Below, in pieces: positions 15,200 through 27,930 of a stretch of DNA of 64,000 nucleotides (position 1 is its first letter; the number at the start of each line of letters is the position of its first letter). The notes beneath the pieces were generated by a model. The model saw nothing but the letters and a program-made list of their open reading frames with translations, did not search any database and had not been told where the DNA came from. A program made the position numbers and the translations under genes. Source of the DNA: Octopus vulgaris (taxonomy: Eukaryota); NCBI GenBank assembly GCA_951406725.2, contig OX597838.1:7688001-7752000 (forward strand). The letters run 5' to 3'.

Positions 15200-15860
15200 A
15201 CAATGAGGGCGTAATGTGAAACTTATGGGTGCGTTGTGTCGACAGTATGACAAGTAGAAATGTTGGTTCACTCAAATGCATACTTTGCTCCGGTAAAAAC
15301 GAATTATTGCCCACGTTGTATTAGAATGACTGTAGTTAGCAGGCGAAATGAGTCCAATATTTTAGGCGTGAGAAGTTCGCTGAAATAATTCAACAGAATT
15401 TTCGGAAAGCGGTTCAGATTTAGTTGAAGAGGGAAAAGTCATGTCATGTATGAAAAGCCTTGAAAACAAGGAAGTGAGGTTGATATGGGAATTTACACCC
15501 CAACCCCTCAAAAAAAAAAAACTGAATGAGGAATCGAATATAAAAAGCCGGATATTGTTGTGGTTGATAAGGAGAAGAATGTGTATTTGACATTGGGATG
15601 TCGATTTGACACAAGAATCACGAAAAACTAAAAAGAAAAGGCTGAATATTCTATCAGGCTGAAGTATGGATTCTTTCATTCGAGCACAAACAGTATAATA
15701 AAGTGATGATAGAGCAAAATATAATTGGGGCCTTGAGAGTTGTTATAGAAAATGTGAGAGTAAACTTTGGAAAGCCGGTTCATGATCTGCGTGTGGGCAC
15801 AATATAGGAGCTCGTGTATTTGGTTCTGCAAGAATAATCGACATAGAAGCCAAAGTAAAG
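15200..15860 (+). pseudogene. Decayed restriction-like endonuclease (RLE) C-terminus of an R4-type non-LTR retrotransposon
   Basis: Fragments ENKEVRLIWEF, KPDIVVVDKEK (PD-(D/E)xK motif), IIGALRVV and VFGSARII across frameshifts. Confidence 0.65.
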
Positions 15861-16044
15861 AAAGACCTAATCAGTAGAAAGGGAGGTTCATATGATAGGG
15901 AACAAAAATACTTCTCGTTCAACACACCGGACTGCAACCTGATGGGAAGAGAAATTAAAGTGGTTAAAGCATTAATATTGTGAAACAATAAGATATATTA
16001 AAAAAAACGGGAGCAAAACAACAGGATAGCAGCAATGACAACTG

Positions 16045-16186
16045 GCGCTCCGTCAGTTACGACGACGAGTGTAACACATCACCGGATCAACAGAACAGGG
16101 TCCTCGCGAACTTGTCTTGCTCAAGAACACAACACACCGTCAGACATCGAACTCAGAGCCTTTGGATCACAAGCCGATTACCCTAA
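16045..16186 (-). mobile_element. SINE remnants: family B 3' end plus CORE/head fragment
   Basis: ctccgtcagttacgacgacgag...gatcaacagaacag; tgtcttgctcaagaacacaacac. Confidence 0.6.
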
Positions 16187-16202
16187 CAGCAACAATAATA
16201 GC

Positions 16203-16310
<108 letters not shown>

Positions 16311-16318
16311 AATAATAA

Positions 16319-16793
16319 GTCTTGGTATAAAAGATGGGCTACAGCAAATATTCTGCTCAATACCACAGATTTGCTTGTCAGTTGTTTGACCTTAACCAGT
16401 TGAGCATGTCCCTTAGTGGCTGACGATATGTGCATCTCTGATCACGAGCAGAAGTAGTGGGGGAGCATCATAGCCATGTGTTGAGAGGGATTCTTTGGGG
16501 TTTGAATAATTCAGCTTTGGAAACAGGGTTGTTTCGATCAACATCCTTAAACAACCCTTATTCAGGGACCTTTTGATTGGGATGGGCTACTCGACCAGAA
16601 CAAAATTCTAACTGGGCCCCACCTGCAAGGTCATGTGCTGTTTATCTTGATATGAGATCACCATATCGCGCACATATGGTTGTGATGCATGTGCCTAGTT
16701 TACCCTTATCAGACGGGTAGTCATGAAGGATATACTGCGCTTCGTATATTTTACCCCAGTGTCAATTTGATGGCATGCACTGCTCTCTCACTC
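16319..16793 (+). mobile_element. Non-coding (TAA)n-embedded element, 5'-truncated, 3' end ctctcactc-(AAT)n
   Basis: 16319-16437 is near-identical to 16915-17035; AAT repeats on both sides. Confidence 0.8.
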
Positions 16794-16843
<50 letters not shown>

Positions 16844-16845
<2 letters not shown>

Positions 16846-17035
16846 GCCCTGATGCAGTACCAGGCAGTGACTCTCGCGGCTTCTCATCTTAACTGATCGG
16901 AAGTACATTGTTTTGTGTTGGTATAAAAAGATAGCCTACAGCAAATATTCTGCTGAATACCACAGATTTGCTTGTCAGTTGTTTGACCTTAACCAGTTGA
17001 GCATGTCCCTTAGTGGCTGACGATATGTGCATCTA
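16844..17035 (+). mobile_element. Second copy of the (TAA)n-embedded element, 5' part
   Basis: Starts right after (AAT)n with atgccctgatgcagtaccagg; head also present reverse-complemented at 27118-27240. Confidence 0.8.
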
Positions 17036-17360
17036 CGTTCCGGGTTCAAATTCCGTCGAGGTCGTCTTTGTCTGTCATCATTTCGGGGTCGGCGAAATAG
17101 GTACCAGTTACGTACTGGAGTTCGATGAAATTAACCATCTCCTACCCCCAACTTTCAAAGCCTTCAGTAGAAAGGATTATCAATGCAGCGAAAGTCGCCG
17201 GGAGGAGTGCAACGCAGTATTCACGTTCTGAGTTCAGATTCCACCAAGGATGATTCGGATGGTCATGACGACAAAATAAGTACCAGTTAAATATTGGTGT
17301 AGAAATAATAGATCTACTCCCGCCCCCGAAATGCTAGTCTTGAGCCAAAATTTTAATATT
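17036..17360 (+). mobile_element. Two degenerate SINE A fragments
   Basis: gggttcaaattccgtcgaggtcg...tttcggggtcg; gttctgagttcagattcc...aaataagtaccagtt. Confidence 0.65.
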
Positions 17361-17393
17361 TATGGTAATTATGATCATAATTTTGAAGACTAT

Positions 17394-17628
17394 GATGGTG
17401 ATGATGATCATGATGATCATGATGATGACGATGATGATGATAATGATGATGATGATGATGATGATAACGATGATGATGTCGATGACGATGATAATGATGA
17501 TGATGATGACGATGATGATGTCGATGATGATAATGGTGGTGATGATAATGATGATGATGATGATGGCGATAATGATGTCGAGGATGATGATAATGGTGGT
17601 GATGATGATGATGATGATGATGATGATG
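17394..17628. repeat. (GAT)n imperfect trinucleotide array
   Basis: Directly visible. Confidence 0.95.
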
Positions 17629-18168
17629 TGTACCATTGAATATGATAGATTAGAGCCGTTATTGTTGTAGTAGTGGTGGTAGTATCGGTGGTTGCTGCTG
17701 CTGTGGAAGCAGTGGCGGCAGCGGCGGCGGCGACAGCGGCGGCGGCCATGGTGGTGGTGACATTGAAGATGTGTTTCATAATTGGTTTCCACGTGCTTTG
17801 GTTAGAGCTTTGCAGTGTGTTTTGTTACTGATATTCTTGTAGCTCTTTGTTGGTTGCAGCTATTGGGGCCTGTGGTGGTGGTGGTGGTGGTCGTCGTCGT
17901 CGTCGTCGTGCCGGCGCCGATGGCAGTGGTGGTGGTGGCGGTAGCGTCCGTTGCGGCAGCGGCGGATTCAAATATTTCTGTTGGTTATATTCTTGTAAAA
18001 TATGTTCTGTATATGTATATATATTTGTGTATATATATATATGTATGTATATATATATATATATACAAATATATATACATATATATTAATATATACATAC
18101 ATATGTAAACATATATATATGTATTTATATATACATATTTATTTACATATATACATATATAGACATAT

Positions 18169-18213
<45 letters not shown>

Positions 18214-18262
18214 TGTATATGTATATATATATATATGTATATATTTACATATATACATATAC

Positions 18263-18308
<46 letters not shown>

Positions 18309-18802
18309 GTATATACACACAAATAGTACATCATTGAATATAAATGTAAATAGGAACGTGTGAATATATATACACACATACGTTATGTGTGTGTGTGTGA
18401 GCTTGTGTGTGATTGTGCAGTTGTTGTTCTACTTGCTCTAGCTCTTGTTGTTGTTGTTGTTGTTATTGGCAACAGACGCGTGTAGCTATAATAATTTTAC
18501 GCCTCTTTGACAACATCACTTTGCCAACACCAGCAACACCAACAGCAACAGAAGCAACAACAGCACACAGTTATGTTGTGCATGCATCAATTGATGCATT
18601 AATGCACTGCTTTGTGCAGCTAGTGTTCGCTCCGTGAAGTGTGCACCTGCACACTTGTTCGCAACAGATCAGTGAGGAGTGTTGTTGAGGGAGAGGAGAT
18701 CGAGGTGTATTTTTTTTCACTACTTCTTCGTAGATTTTTGGGCTTCTCTTTTTGTTTTATTAGTATAAACACTACGTTTGAAGTTTCGACAACTAGCACG
18801 GG

Positions 18803-18905
<103 letters not shown>

Positions 18906-18932
18906 CATACAGACAGATGGATAGATAGATAC

Positions 18933-18979
<47 letters not shown>

Positions 18980-19030
18980 TAGATATGTGTGTGTGCGTTT
19001 TTTGTTGTGTGTATGTGTGTGTATGTACAT

Positions 19031-19075
<45 letters not shown>

Positions 19076-19696
19076 CATACATAGTATATGTGGGCATATA
19101 TATATATATTTAGAGAGAGAGACAGGGAGAGGTTGACACGTGCATATACATTCAAGTACACACCATGTGTGTGCGTATTTGTACGAGTGTGTATGTATGC
19201 TTGTTTATATACACATATACATACATACATATATAAATGTATGTATGTATGTATGTATATATGTATGTACGTATGGATGCATGTATTTATATATGTATTT
19301 ATATATATGCAAATAAATATTTACATAACATGTATATGTATGTGTGTGTTTGCTTGCATATGTGCATACTGATATGTATGTATTCACACATACACACACA
19401 CACGCACAAATACACACACATGCACTCACACAAACACACACATATACTCATACACATACACCAATTGCCTAAGATGTTTCTGGAAACTTTAAGAAGCGAC
19501 AGGTGCTGGGATGTGCTGGGCGGGGGGGGGGCGGGGAGACCTGCTGGTTGTAACTAGTGAGGGGATTGCGTTATTAAATGATAAATAGTGAGTAATTTGT
19601 TATTAGCGGTGGGTAGAGGTGGGCATGGAACGCTTGGCAACAGATGTCTGCGACAACTCGCTGACTGTCAGTGGTGGAAGAGGCGTAGAGAAAATT

Positions 19697-20057
19697 TGGT
19701 GGTGGTGGTGGTGGTGGTGGTGGTTGTAGTAGTTACGGTGTAGTTGTAGTGGTAGTGAGTGTAGTGAAGATTGCGTTGGTGGTTGCCTTGTTTTCGTGGT
19801 AGTGGTTATGAGGGTGATACTGGTGGTGATGGTGGTGGTGGTGGTGGTGGTGGTGGTTGTCATTCAGGTGGTAGAGATTGTAATGGTGCGCTAGTGATGG
19901 TGATGATAGTAGTAGTAGTAGTACTTGCAGTGGAGGTGGTGGTGGTGGTGGCGGTAGTAGTAGTAATAGTAGTAAATCTAGTATTGTAGTTGTAGCAACA
20001 CTGGTGGTGGTGGTAGTGGTAGTAGTGATAGTAAAAGCGGCATGGTTGTTGTTGCTG

Positions 20058-20094
<37 letters not shown>

Positions 20095-20123
20095 AATTGC
20101 TATTGTTGGTGGCGGTGGTGTTG

Positions 20124-20155
<32 letters not shown>

Positions 20156-20230
20156 TGTGGTGGTGGTGGTGGTGGTGGTGGTGGTGGTGATAGAGGTGGT
20201 GGTGATAGAGGTAGTGGTGGTGATGCTGGT
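19697..20230. repeat. Mixed (GGT)n/(AGT)n low-complexity tract
   Basis: Directly visible. Confidence 0.9.
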
Positions 20231-20789
20231 GGTTACCGTCGTAGTGATTAGGGTGGCGTTTTTGGTTATACTGGCTTTAATGATATGCAGAGGGCCATGC
20301 CTGCGCATAATGTCCGTCATAAGGCGTGGAGATGCTGGACAATTAGCCAGGTACTTTATAGAACTAGGGAATCAATTCTGATCTATGTATGATGTCCCTT
20401 ACTGCGAATAAATAACCACTACAGAGCCCACTGCATTTATTTACCTGGTGGCGTCAAGTGCCTACGGGCCCACACCTGATCTGTGTATGTTGTGACTTCC
20501 TGTTAACGAATAACTACTGTAGGACCCAGTGTACAGAGATTCCTGGGTCCTAATGGATTTGGGGGCTAAGTCCTGACCCGTGTATTTTGTGGCTTCCTGC
20601 CCCAAAATATATACTATAGGGACCAGTACACTTATATCTCCGGGGGACCTTAATACAACTAAGGCATCCCTGCTTGACCATCTATCTGTTAACAGAAGCG
20701 TATTTACTAATCTGGTAAATGTCCAATATATATATATATATATGTATGTATGTATGTTTGTGTACAGTGTACATTTAAACACATAAGAC

Positions 20790-21262
20790 ATGGCCATAAT
20801 CAGACATCTAAACTGCGAGAAGGAGTAGTTAAAATCCAAACCACTATTAGTGGTAATTTCGAAAGGTAAAGGCGAGACACGACTTCTGTGAAACGGTTCT
20901 TCCCGCAGATGATTTGAGATTTTTTTGCGGAGGGGTAAAAGTGGTAACAAAAACAGGACAGTAAAAACAATACAAGACAGTAAAAATACAAATATTCGAA
21001 ACGCGGAGTAGATGAAACGGAGGCGGCTGAAGAAGTGGGATTTTTCCTTGTGTTGTGTGCCTTGTACCCTGTTTTTTCGTTGTTTAAAAAGATGTCCGTT
21101 TCCATGGTTCTGCTTTTATGTTTTCGTTTCTCATTGTGTTCGGCGTTTTTTTTTTTGGTGTCCTGTACCTATATATGCATGTATACATACATATAGATGT
21201 ATGTACGTACATATATGTATGTGTATATGCATATGTTTTATTTATGATTTTGTTATTATATG
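20790..21262. mobile_element. Dispersed repeat with internal inversion relative to the 7685-8240 copy
   Basis: See 7685-8240. Confidence 0.6.
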
Positions 21263-21298
21263 ACGAAACGCCACGCATCCTCTTCCAAGTAAGATTTT

Positions 21299-21342
<44 letters not shown>

Positions 21343-21495
21343 ACGAATATGGTTTTAGAATTTGGAAGATTAGTCGGCATTATCCATTTACTACCGACTG
21401 AAACTCCGCTTGCGCGGTGAATTTTAATAAATTATAACATATAATGATGAGACAGATGTTATTTGTCTCTAAATTATGTGTTAGTTGTTAAGTCA

Positions 21496-21567
21496 CGGTT
21501 ACTGATGAGGGTTCGCCTAGCAAATTATTTTTATTTGCTAAAGAAATCAGAAACATATGTATAATCG
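21496..21567 (+). ncRNA. Type I hammerhead ribozyme, Penelope-associated type
   Basis: Stem I cggtta(21496-21501)/taatcg(21562-21567); core CTGATGA 21502-21508; stem II with inner tagcaaat/atttgcta; GAAA 21550-21553; palindromic stem III ACATATGT; GTA triplet 21559-21561. Confidence 0.7.
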
Positions 21568-21728
21568 CAAAAAATAACAAGATAAAATATTTTTTTATTT
21601 TTCAATCCATTCGAAAATCGCCCTTAAGTGTGGTTTGGTCGTATTGATTGCATCTTCTAGTGTGTAAAAATTACCTGTTAAAGGTACTTTTCTCTTGTGT
21701 ACAAATATACGCTATTTTATATTGAGAA

Positions 21729-21760
<32 letters not shown>

Positions 21761-22186
21761 CATACATATACATACATATATATATACCGGTGTACGTACA
21801 CTTTAAGGTCTCACATATATATATATTTATGTGTGTATGTGTATGTTTGTGTGTGTGTGTGTGTCTGTGCGTGTGTGTCTATGTAAGTGTGTGTGTGTGT
21901 ACATGCATGCATACAAACATAACATATATACATACCTAAGTACGTACGGAAATACACACGTACGAAGATAACTGGAGTGAAATTATATACAATTGGGTAG
22001 GATCTGTGTGTGTGTGTGTGTCTGTGTGTGTGCTTGTGTGTGTGTGTGTGTGTGTGTGTGTGCATTAAGGGGTATCTGTTTTCCACCTTTCTATTTGGCA
22101 TCCATCGTAAAACTGTTGCCCCATTGCAGATTGCAGACTGCCTGAATTGCTGGCTGCCTGCTTGCATTGATGGATAACCGGATGAA

Positions 22187-22449
22187 CGGATGGATGGATT
22201 GATGGATGGATTGATGGATGGATGGATGGATGGATGGATGGACGGGCGGGCGGACGGACGGACGGACGGACGGATGGATGGATGGATGGATGGATGGATG
22301 GACGGACGGATGGATGGATGGATGGATGGATGGACGGACGGACGGACAGACGGACGGATGGATGGATGGATGGATGGATGGATGGATGGATGGACGGACG
22401 GACGGATGGATGGATGGATGGATGGATGGACGGACGGACGGATGGATGG

Positions 22450-22482
<33 letters not shown>

Positions 22483-22718
22483 CGGACGGACGGATGGATG
22501 GATGGATGGATGGATGGATGGACGGATGGATGGATGGATGGACGTACGGACGGACAGACGGATGGATGGATGGATGGATGGATGGATGGATGGATGGACG
22601 TACGGACGGACAGACGGACGGATGGATGGATGGATGGATGGATGGATGGATGGACGGATGGATAGATGGGATGGATGGATGGATGGATGGATGGATGGAT
22701 GATTGGATGGATGGATGG
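22187..22718. repeat. (GGAT)n/(GGAC)n tetranucleotide array
   Basis: Directly visible; source of the MDGW and HPSI ORFs. Confidence 0.97.
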
Positions 22719-23371
22719 AAACAGCACGAATGTATACACGGAACTGAAAGAACTGAGAATCGTTTCTCCTGGGATGATGTAATACATTTACATGGAAGTG
22801 TAGCAGGATGGGTCCAGCGTGTGAGGGGTGGCGGGAGTGGAGGCTTAATTGTGATGGAAACGTGGGAAATCTAGCAACTTTAGGTGTTGTGATGGAGTGT
22901 AAATGATTCATTCAGCATGTATTGTGGGATGCTGAGTCGGCGTGGTGCTAATCCAGGAAATGCAGAAAAAGAGAGAGAGAGAGAGAGAGAGGAGGGGATA
23001 GGAGGGGAGAGAGAGGAGGGGAGAGGAGGGGAGAGAGAGTGTGAAATGGCGAACGCGGTTTCTCTTTTATTATGGAATGCTTTTGTTTTGTTATTTGTTG
23101 TGGGTTTTTTTGGTAGAGGCGGGGGGGGGATTCTTTGTTTTCTGTAATGGCGAGGAATCTATTTAGCAGGATTGGCGGATATTTGGAATTGGTGCGGTGG
23201 AGCCTGCTGGGCGAAAGAGATTGGGGAGTTCGGCAAACATACACATTAACATGCATATATATATATGTGTATGCATGTATGCATGTGTGTAAAATATATA
23301 TATATATATATATATATAAATATATATGTGTGTGTGTTGCACGTATATACATATATACGTTTCTATATACA

Positions 23372-23437
<66 letters not shown>

Positions 23438-23449
23438 TGTATATATAAG

Positions 23450-23480
<31 letters not shown>

Positions 23481-23592
23481 GCATAAGACAACATCCGTGT
23501 TTATATGCTTATTTAAATACATATATGTACTTGAACATATACATGTATTTATATATATACACACAAAAATATATGAGGTGGAATATATACAC

Positions 23593-23664
<72 letters not shown>

Positions 23665-24572
23665 CTGTATGTGTGTATGTATGTATGTATGGTTGTGTGT
23701 ATGCGGTTGTATGTATGTATGTATATGTATATATTTGCATGTGTGTGTGTATGTACATGTGTACGCAAATGTGTCGACGTGTTTGCTTGAATGCGTATTT
23801 ACGTGCATGTATGTATTTATGGGTTAGTGATGTGTGTGTAAGTATGCACATAGCGAGAGAGAAGGAGAGCAAGCGATAGAGAGAGAGAGATAGAGAATGA
23901 GAGAAATGGAGGGAGGGAGAGATAAAGAGAGACTACTGAGTAGATCTTGCGAAGGGTGAGGTGATAACGGTGGTGGTGGTGGTGGTGGTGGCTGTGGCAT
24001 CGGAGGTGACGCTGGTGTTGCTCGTACCAGTGATGGTGGCAGGGGTGTTGAGGGTGTTGCGGATGATGAGCGTGTTAGTGGTGCAGGGTGTGAAAAGCGG
24101 GTGGTGCAGATTGTTTGAACGTGGCAAAAGAGAAAATGATTAGCGGGTGTTAGTTATGGAAGCAGATAGATGTGGGTGGTGTGTATATGATTGCAAGCAT
24201 TGGATGCGGGTAGAGTAGTGTTCGGGTGGAAGATTTTGAGAGTTAATGAAGCGATAAGAGGGTGGGTTGGTGGGTGGGTTATCGTGGGGTGGAGGCGTAT
24301 AGTTGTTTGTATGTGAAGGGATTGGTGGTTTGTCGGTTTGGTTTTTACATAAATGCATTGTATCGGGTGCATGAGAGAAATATGTTGATAAATTGATCGA
24401 TATGTTTAGATATACAGAGGGATTATATGGAGGATTAATGTAGGAAATTGAGGCAGATCGATAGAGCTGTACATGGATACCTCCATTGGTAGATGAACAG
24501 ATACAGTGGGAGATAAAAAAAGGGGAGATATACACACAGACACATACACACAGACACACACACACACACACA

Positions 24573-24626
<54 letters not shown>

Positions 24627-24663
24627 CATACACATATATATATGTATATATTGTTAGATAGAT

Positions 24664-24739
<76 letters not shown>

Positions 24740-24744
24740 CGATC

Positions 24745-24782
<38 letters not shown>

Positions 24783-24877
24783 CAGGTATACAGACAGACA
24801 GACGGACAGACAAATAAACAGACAGACAGATAAATAGATAGACAGACAGACAGACAGATAGATAGATTCATATTTAG

Positions 24878-24938
<61 letters not shown>

Positions 24939-24965
24939 CAGATAGATATATAGATAGATAGATAA

Positions 24966-25135
24966 GTTTCTTTATTGGCCACACAGGGCTGCACACAGAT
25001 GGGACAAGTTACAAGGTAGAGCTTTTCTTTTGGGGGATGAAAAAAACAAAAAAACAAAAGAAACAAAAGAAGGGGATGGCGTAGGTTTTCGATCAAGGGG
25101 GATAGTAAAAGGGAAGAAAAGAACAAAAAAAATAG
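24966..25135 (-). mobile_element. 3' UTR of a Tx1/L1-like LINE inserted in (TCTA)n
   Basis: gtttctttattggccacacagggctgcacacagat...acaaggtagagcttttcttttg nearly identical to 60680 onward; GATA repeats on both sides. Confidence 0.8.
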
Positions 25136-25837
25136 TAATAAATAAATAAATGAATAAAATAAAAAAATAAAAAAATAAAAATAAGATAGATAGATAGATA
25201 TATTAATAAAGGAAGTGAAATTGGTCGATATGCATAAAAACATGTGAATGTGTGTGGTTGTTGGTGTAGTGAGTGTTTATTGCTGCGTGTGTGTGCGTTC
25301 GTGAGTATGTGCGTGTATGTGTGTCTGTCTGTCTGTGTGACCACATTTCTGTTGATTCAGATCTTACAATGGACCAACTGTTTAGCATTTGCAATCACAT
25401 TTTGCAGAAACCGAATTTATTTAAAATTGCATTGCGAACTTCGCACAACAATATATCAATTATATTTAGAAGGAAGCAATTACAGAAAATTATGAAATAA
25501 TAATTGTGATATAAAAAAATTTTAAAAATGAATTATATGGAAACATTTCGGTACACATACATTTATATATATTGTGGTGTTAATATATTCATAAATTGGC
25601 TTACGATTTTTAAAATGGAAGGAAAACAAAAGAATTAGAATCAAGAATGAAAGAATGAAAGAATGAAAAAAAAAACAACACTGAAACAGATTCAAAATGA
25701 TAAATAGGAAGATTGATGCATTGCTGTCTCGAGAAGACCTTTATATTGGTGTTTAACAATATTTTTGGTAACGGTGGGACTTAGCGACAGTAGGGAAAAC
25801 TACAGTATTCATTTCTTCCCAATGCTAAATATTCAGT

Positions 25838-26227
25838 GTGGAGGCGCAATGGCCCAGTGGTTAGGGCAGCGGACTCGCGGTCGCAGGATCGCGGTTTCGA
25901 TTCCCAGACCGGGCTTTGTGAGTATTTATTGAGCGAAAACACCTAAAGCTCCACGAGGCTCCGGCAGGGGATGGTGGTGATCCCTGCTGTACTCTTTCAC
26001 CACAGCTTTCTCTCACTCTTACTTCCTGTTTCTGTTGTACCTGTATTTCAAAGGGCCATCCTTGTCACTCTCTGTGTCACGCTGAATATCCCCGAGAACT
26101 ACGTTAAGGGTACACGTGTCTGTGGAGTGCTCAGCCACTTACACGCTAATTTCACGAGCAGGCTGTTCCGTTGATTCGGATCAACCGGAACCCTCGTCGT
26201 CGTAACCGACGGAGTGCTTCCATATCC
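25838..26227 (+). mobile_element. tRNA-derived SINE family B, full length
   Basis: A-box tggcccagtgg, B-box ggtttcgattcc; TSD aaatattcagt at 25827-25837 and 26228-26238. Confidence 0.92.
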
Positions 26228-26300
26228 AAATATTCAGTAACCTTCTTACGGGTGTCACGATTTGAAATGATAAAATATTTGTGTTAAGGGTTGCCACTAA

Positions 26301-26467
26301 TAGGCGCAGGAGTGGCTGTGTGGTAAGTAGCTTGCTTACCAACCACATGGTTCCGAGTTCAGTCCCACTGCGTGGCACCTTGGGCGAGTCTCTTCAACTA
26401 TAGCCTCGGGCCGACCAAAGCCTTGTGAGAGGATTTGCTAGACGGAAACTGAAAGAAGCCCGTCGTA

Positions 26468-26539
<72 letters not shown>

Positions 26540-26755
26540 ATGTTTGTGTGTCTGTGTTTGTCCTCCTAGCATTGCTTGACAACCGATGCTGGTGTGTTTA
26601 TGTGACTCGTCACCTAGCGTTTCGGCAAAAGAGACCGATAGAATAAGTACTAGGCTTACAAAGAATAAGTCCCGGGGTCGAGTTGCTCGACTGACGGTGG
26701 TGCTCCAGCATGGCCGCACTCAAATGACTGAAACAAGTAAAAGAGTAAAAGAGAG
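26301..26755 (+). mobile_element. SINE family C, full length, internal (TA)n(TG)n
   Basis: tggctgtgtggtaag and gagttcagtcc boxes; CORE-like ggcaccttgggcgagt; tail gtaaaagagtaaaagag. Confidence 0.92.
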
Positions 26756-26939
26756 TAGTGACACGAATTGATATCGATGAATGCAAGAAGACAAAATTTT
26801 GCTTGAAATTGTAAATATGAAAATATTTATTTTATCGTTAAACAAAACAATGTATTGTCGCTAGGCCAAACGGCACAAAAGTTAGTTAGACCAATTTAGA
26901 AAGCGCAAATCTCGTATGAGATGTTTGTTGGTTCAACCC

Positions 26940-27115
26940 GTGGACATGATTACAGAGTCAAAAAAACAGCACAGCTCCCATGACTTTCGGAAACATCTTT
27001 TTACGCTAAGAGTTGCTGAAGTATGGAACAAACTGCCGGTATCAGTTGTTAGTTGTCGGAGCACTGCATCCTTCAAAACTTCCATGCTTCCTGAGATTCG
27101 CCAACACTACACCTG
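26940..27115 (+). mobile_element. CR1/L2-group LINE ORF2 C-terminal fragment
   Basis: RKHLFTLRVAEVWNKLPVSVVSCRSTASFK resembles the conserved R..FF..RV...WN.LP..VV...S...FK motif. Confidence 0.75.
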
Positions 27116-27117
27116 TT

Positions 27118-27240
27118 TATAGAATATTTGCTGTAGCCCACCTTTTATACCATAACAAAACAATGTACATAAAAACTCTTCCAATCAGTTAAGGTGAGAA
27201 GCCATGAAAGCCACTGCCCGTTACTGCATCAAGCCATATT
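27118..27240 (-). mobile_element. Head of the (TAA)n-embedded element, third copy
   Basis: Reverse complement of 16844-16952; preceded on its own strand by (TAA)n at 27241-27304. Confidence 0.75.
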
Positions 27241-27249
27241 TTATTATCC

Positions 27250-27307
<58 letters not shown>

Positions 27308-27780
27308 AAGGATTGAGGTAACTCCTCCAGAAGATATAGAGTCAAAATTAAAAGAAGAGTGCGATTGTCATCCAGTGAACGATATTTCTTATCATAAAAA
27401 GGTGAAGCTGACGTTAACGGAATTTGAACTCAGAATTTTAAATAAAAGCTCAGGAAAATACAACGCGCGGAATTTAACATGTGAAAGAAAATGCTACTGA
27501 TCCTGCTGTTGCTGCTGCTGCTGCTTATGATGATGATGATGATGATGATGACGACGAGGAGGAGGAGGTGGAGGAGAAGGAGGAGAGAAGGTGATGGTGG
27601 TGGTGATGGTGACGATGATGACGACGGCGACGACGATGATGAATACGACGACGGTGATGGTGATGGTGATGGTGATGGTGGCGGTGGTGATTGTCGTAAC
27701 GATAAAATTTAACGCCGACAAGAACAATAAAGAAGAAGAAGAAGAAGAAGGAGAAGAAGAAGAAGAAAAAGAAGAAGAAG

Positions 27781-27930
27781 AAGTGTTGGTGGAGAAGGTG
27801 AGATGAAAGTGTGCTAGGAGGAGGAAGGTGAAGAGTAGTAGGAGGAAGAAGTAGAGGTGGGGAGGGGTAGGAGGTATGCGAAAAAGAGATAGACGTAGAA
27901 GAGAAGGAGCGGAGGGGTAGGAGGAAGAAG
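27781..27930 (+). repeat. Purine-rich segment duplicated at 33825-33970
   Basis: aagtgttggt...ggtgagatgaaagtgtgctag...ggagcggaggggtagga in both. Confidence 0.85.

Noticed and set aside
16850-16902. Antisense U2 snRNA resemblance (tgcagtaccagg; atcttaactgat)
   Set aside because: Two short imperfect matches with wrong spacing; not distinguishable from chance without a search
25838-25915. tRNA gene
   Set aside because: tRNA-like head continues into a SINE body with TSDs; no clean cloverleaf or terminator. The same applies to the other SINE heads
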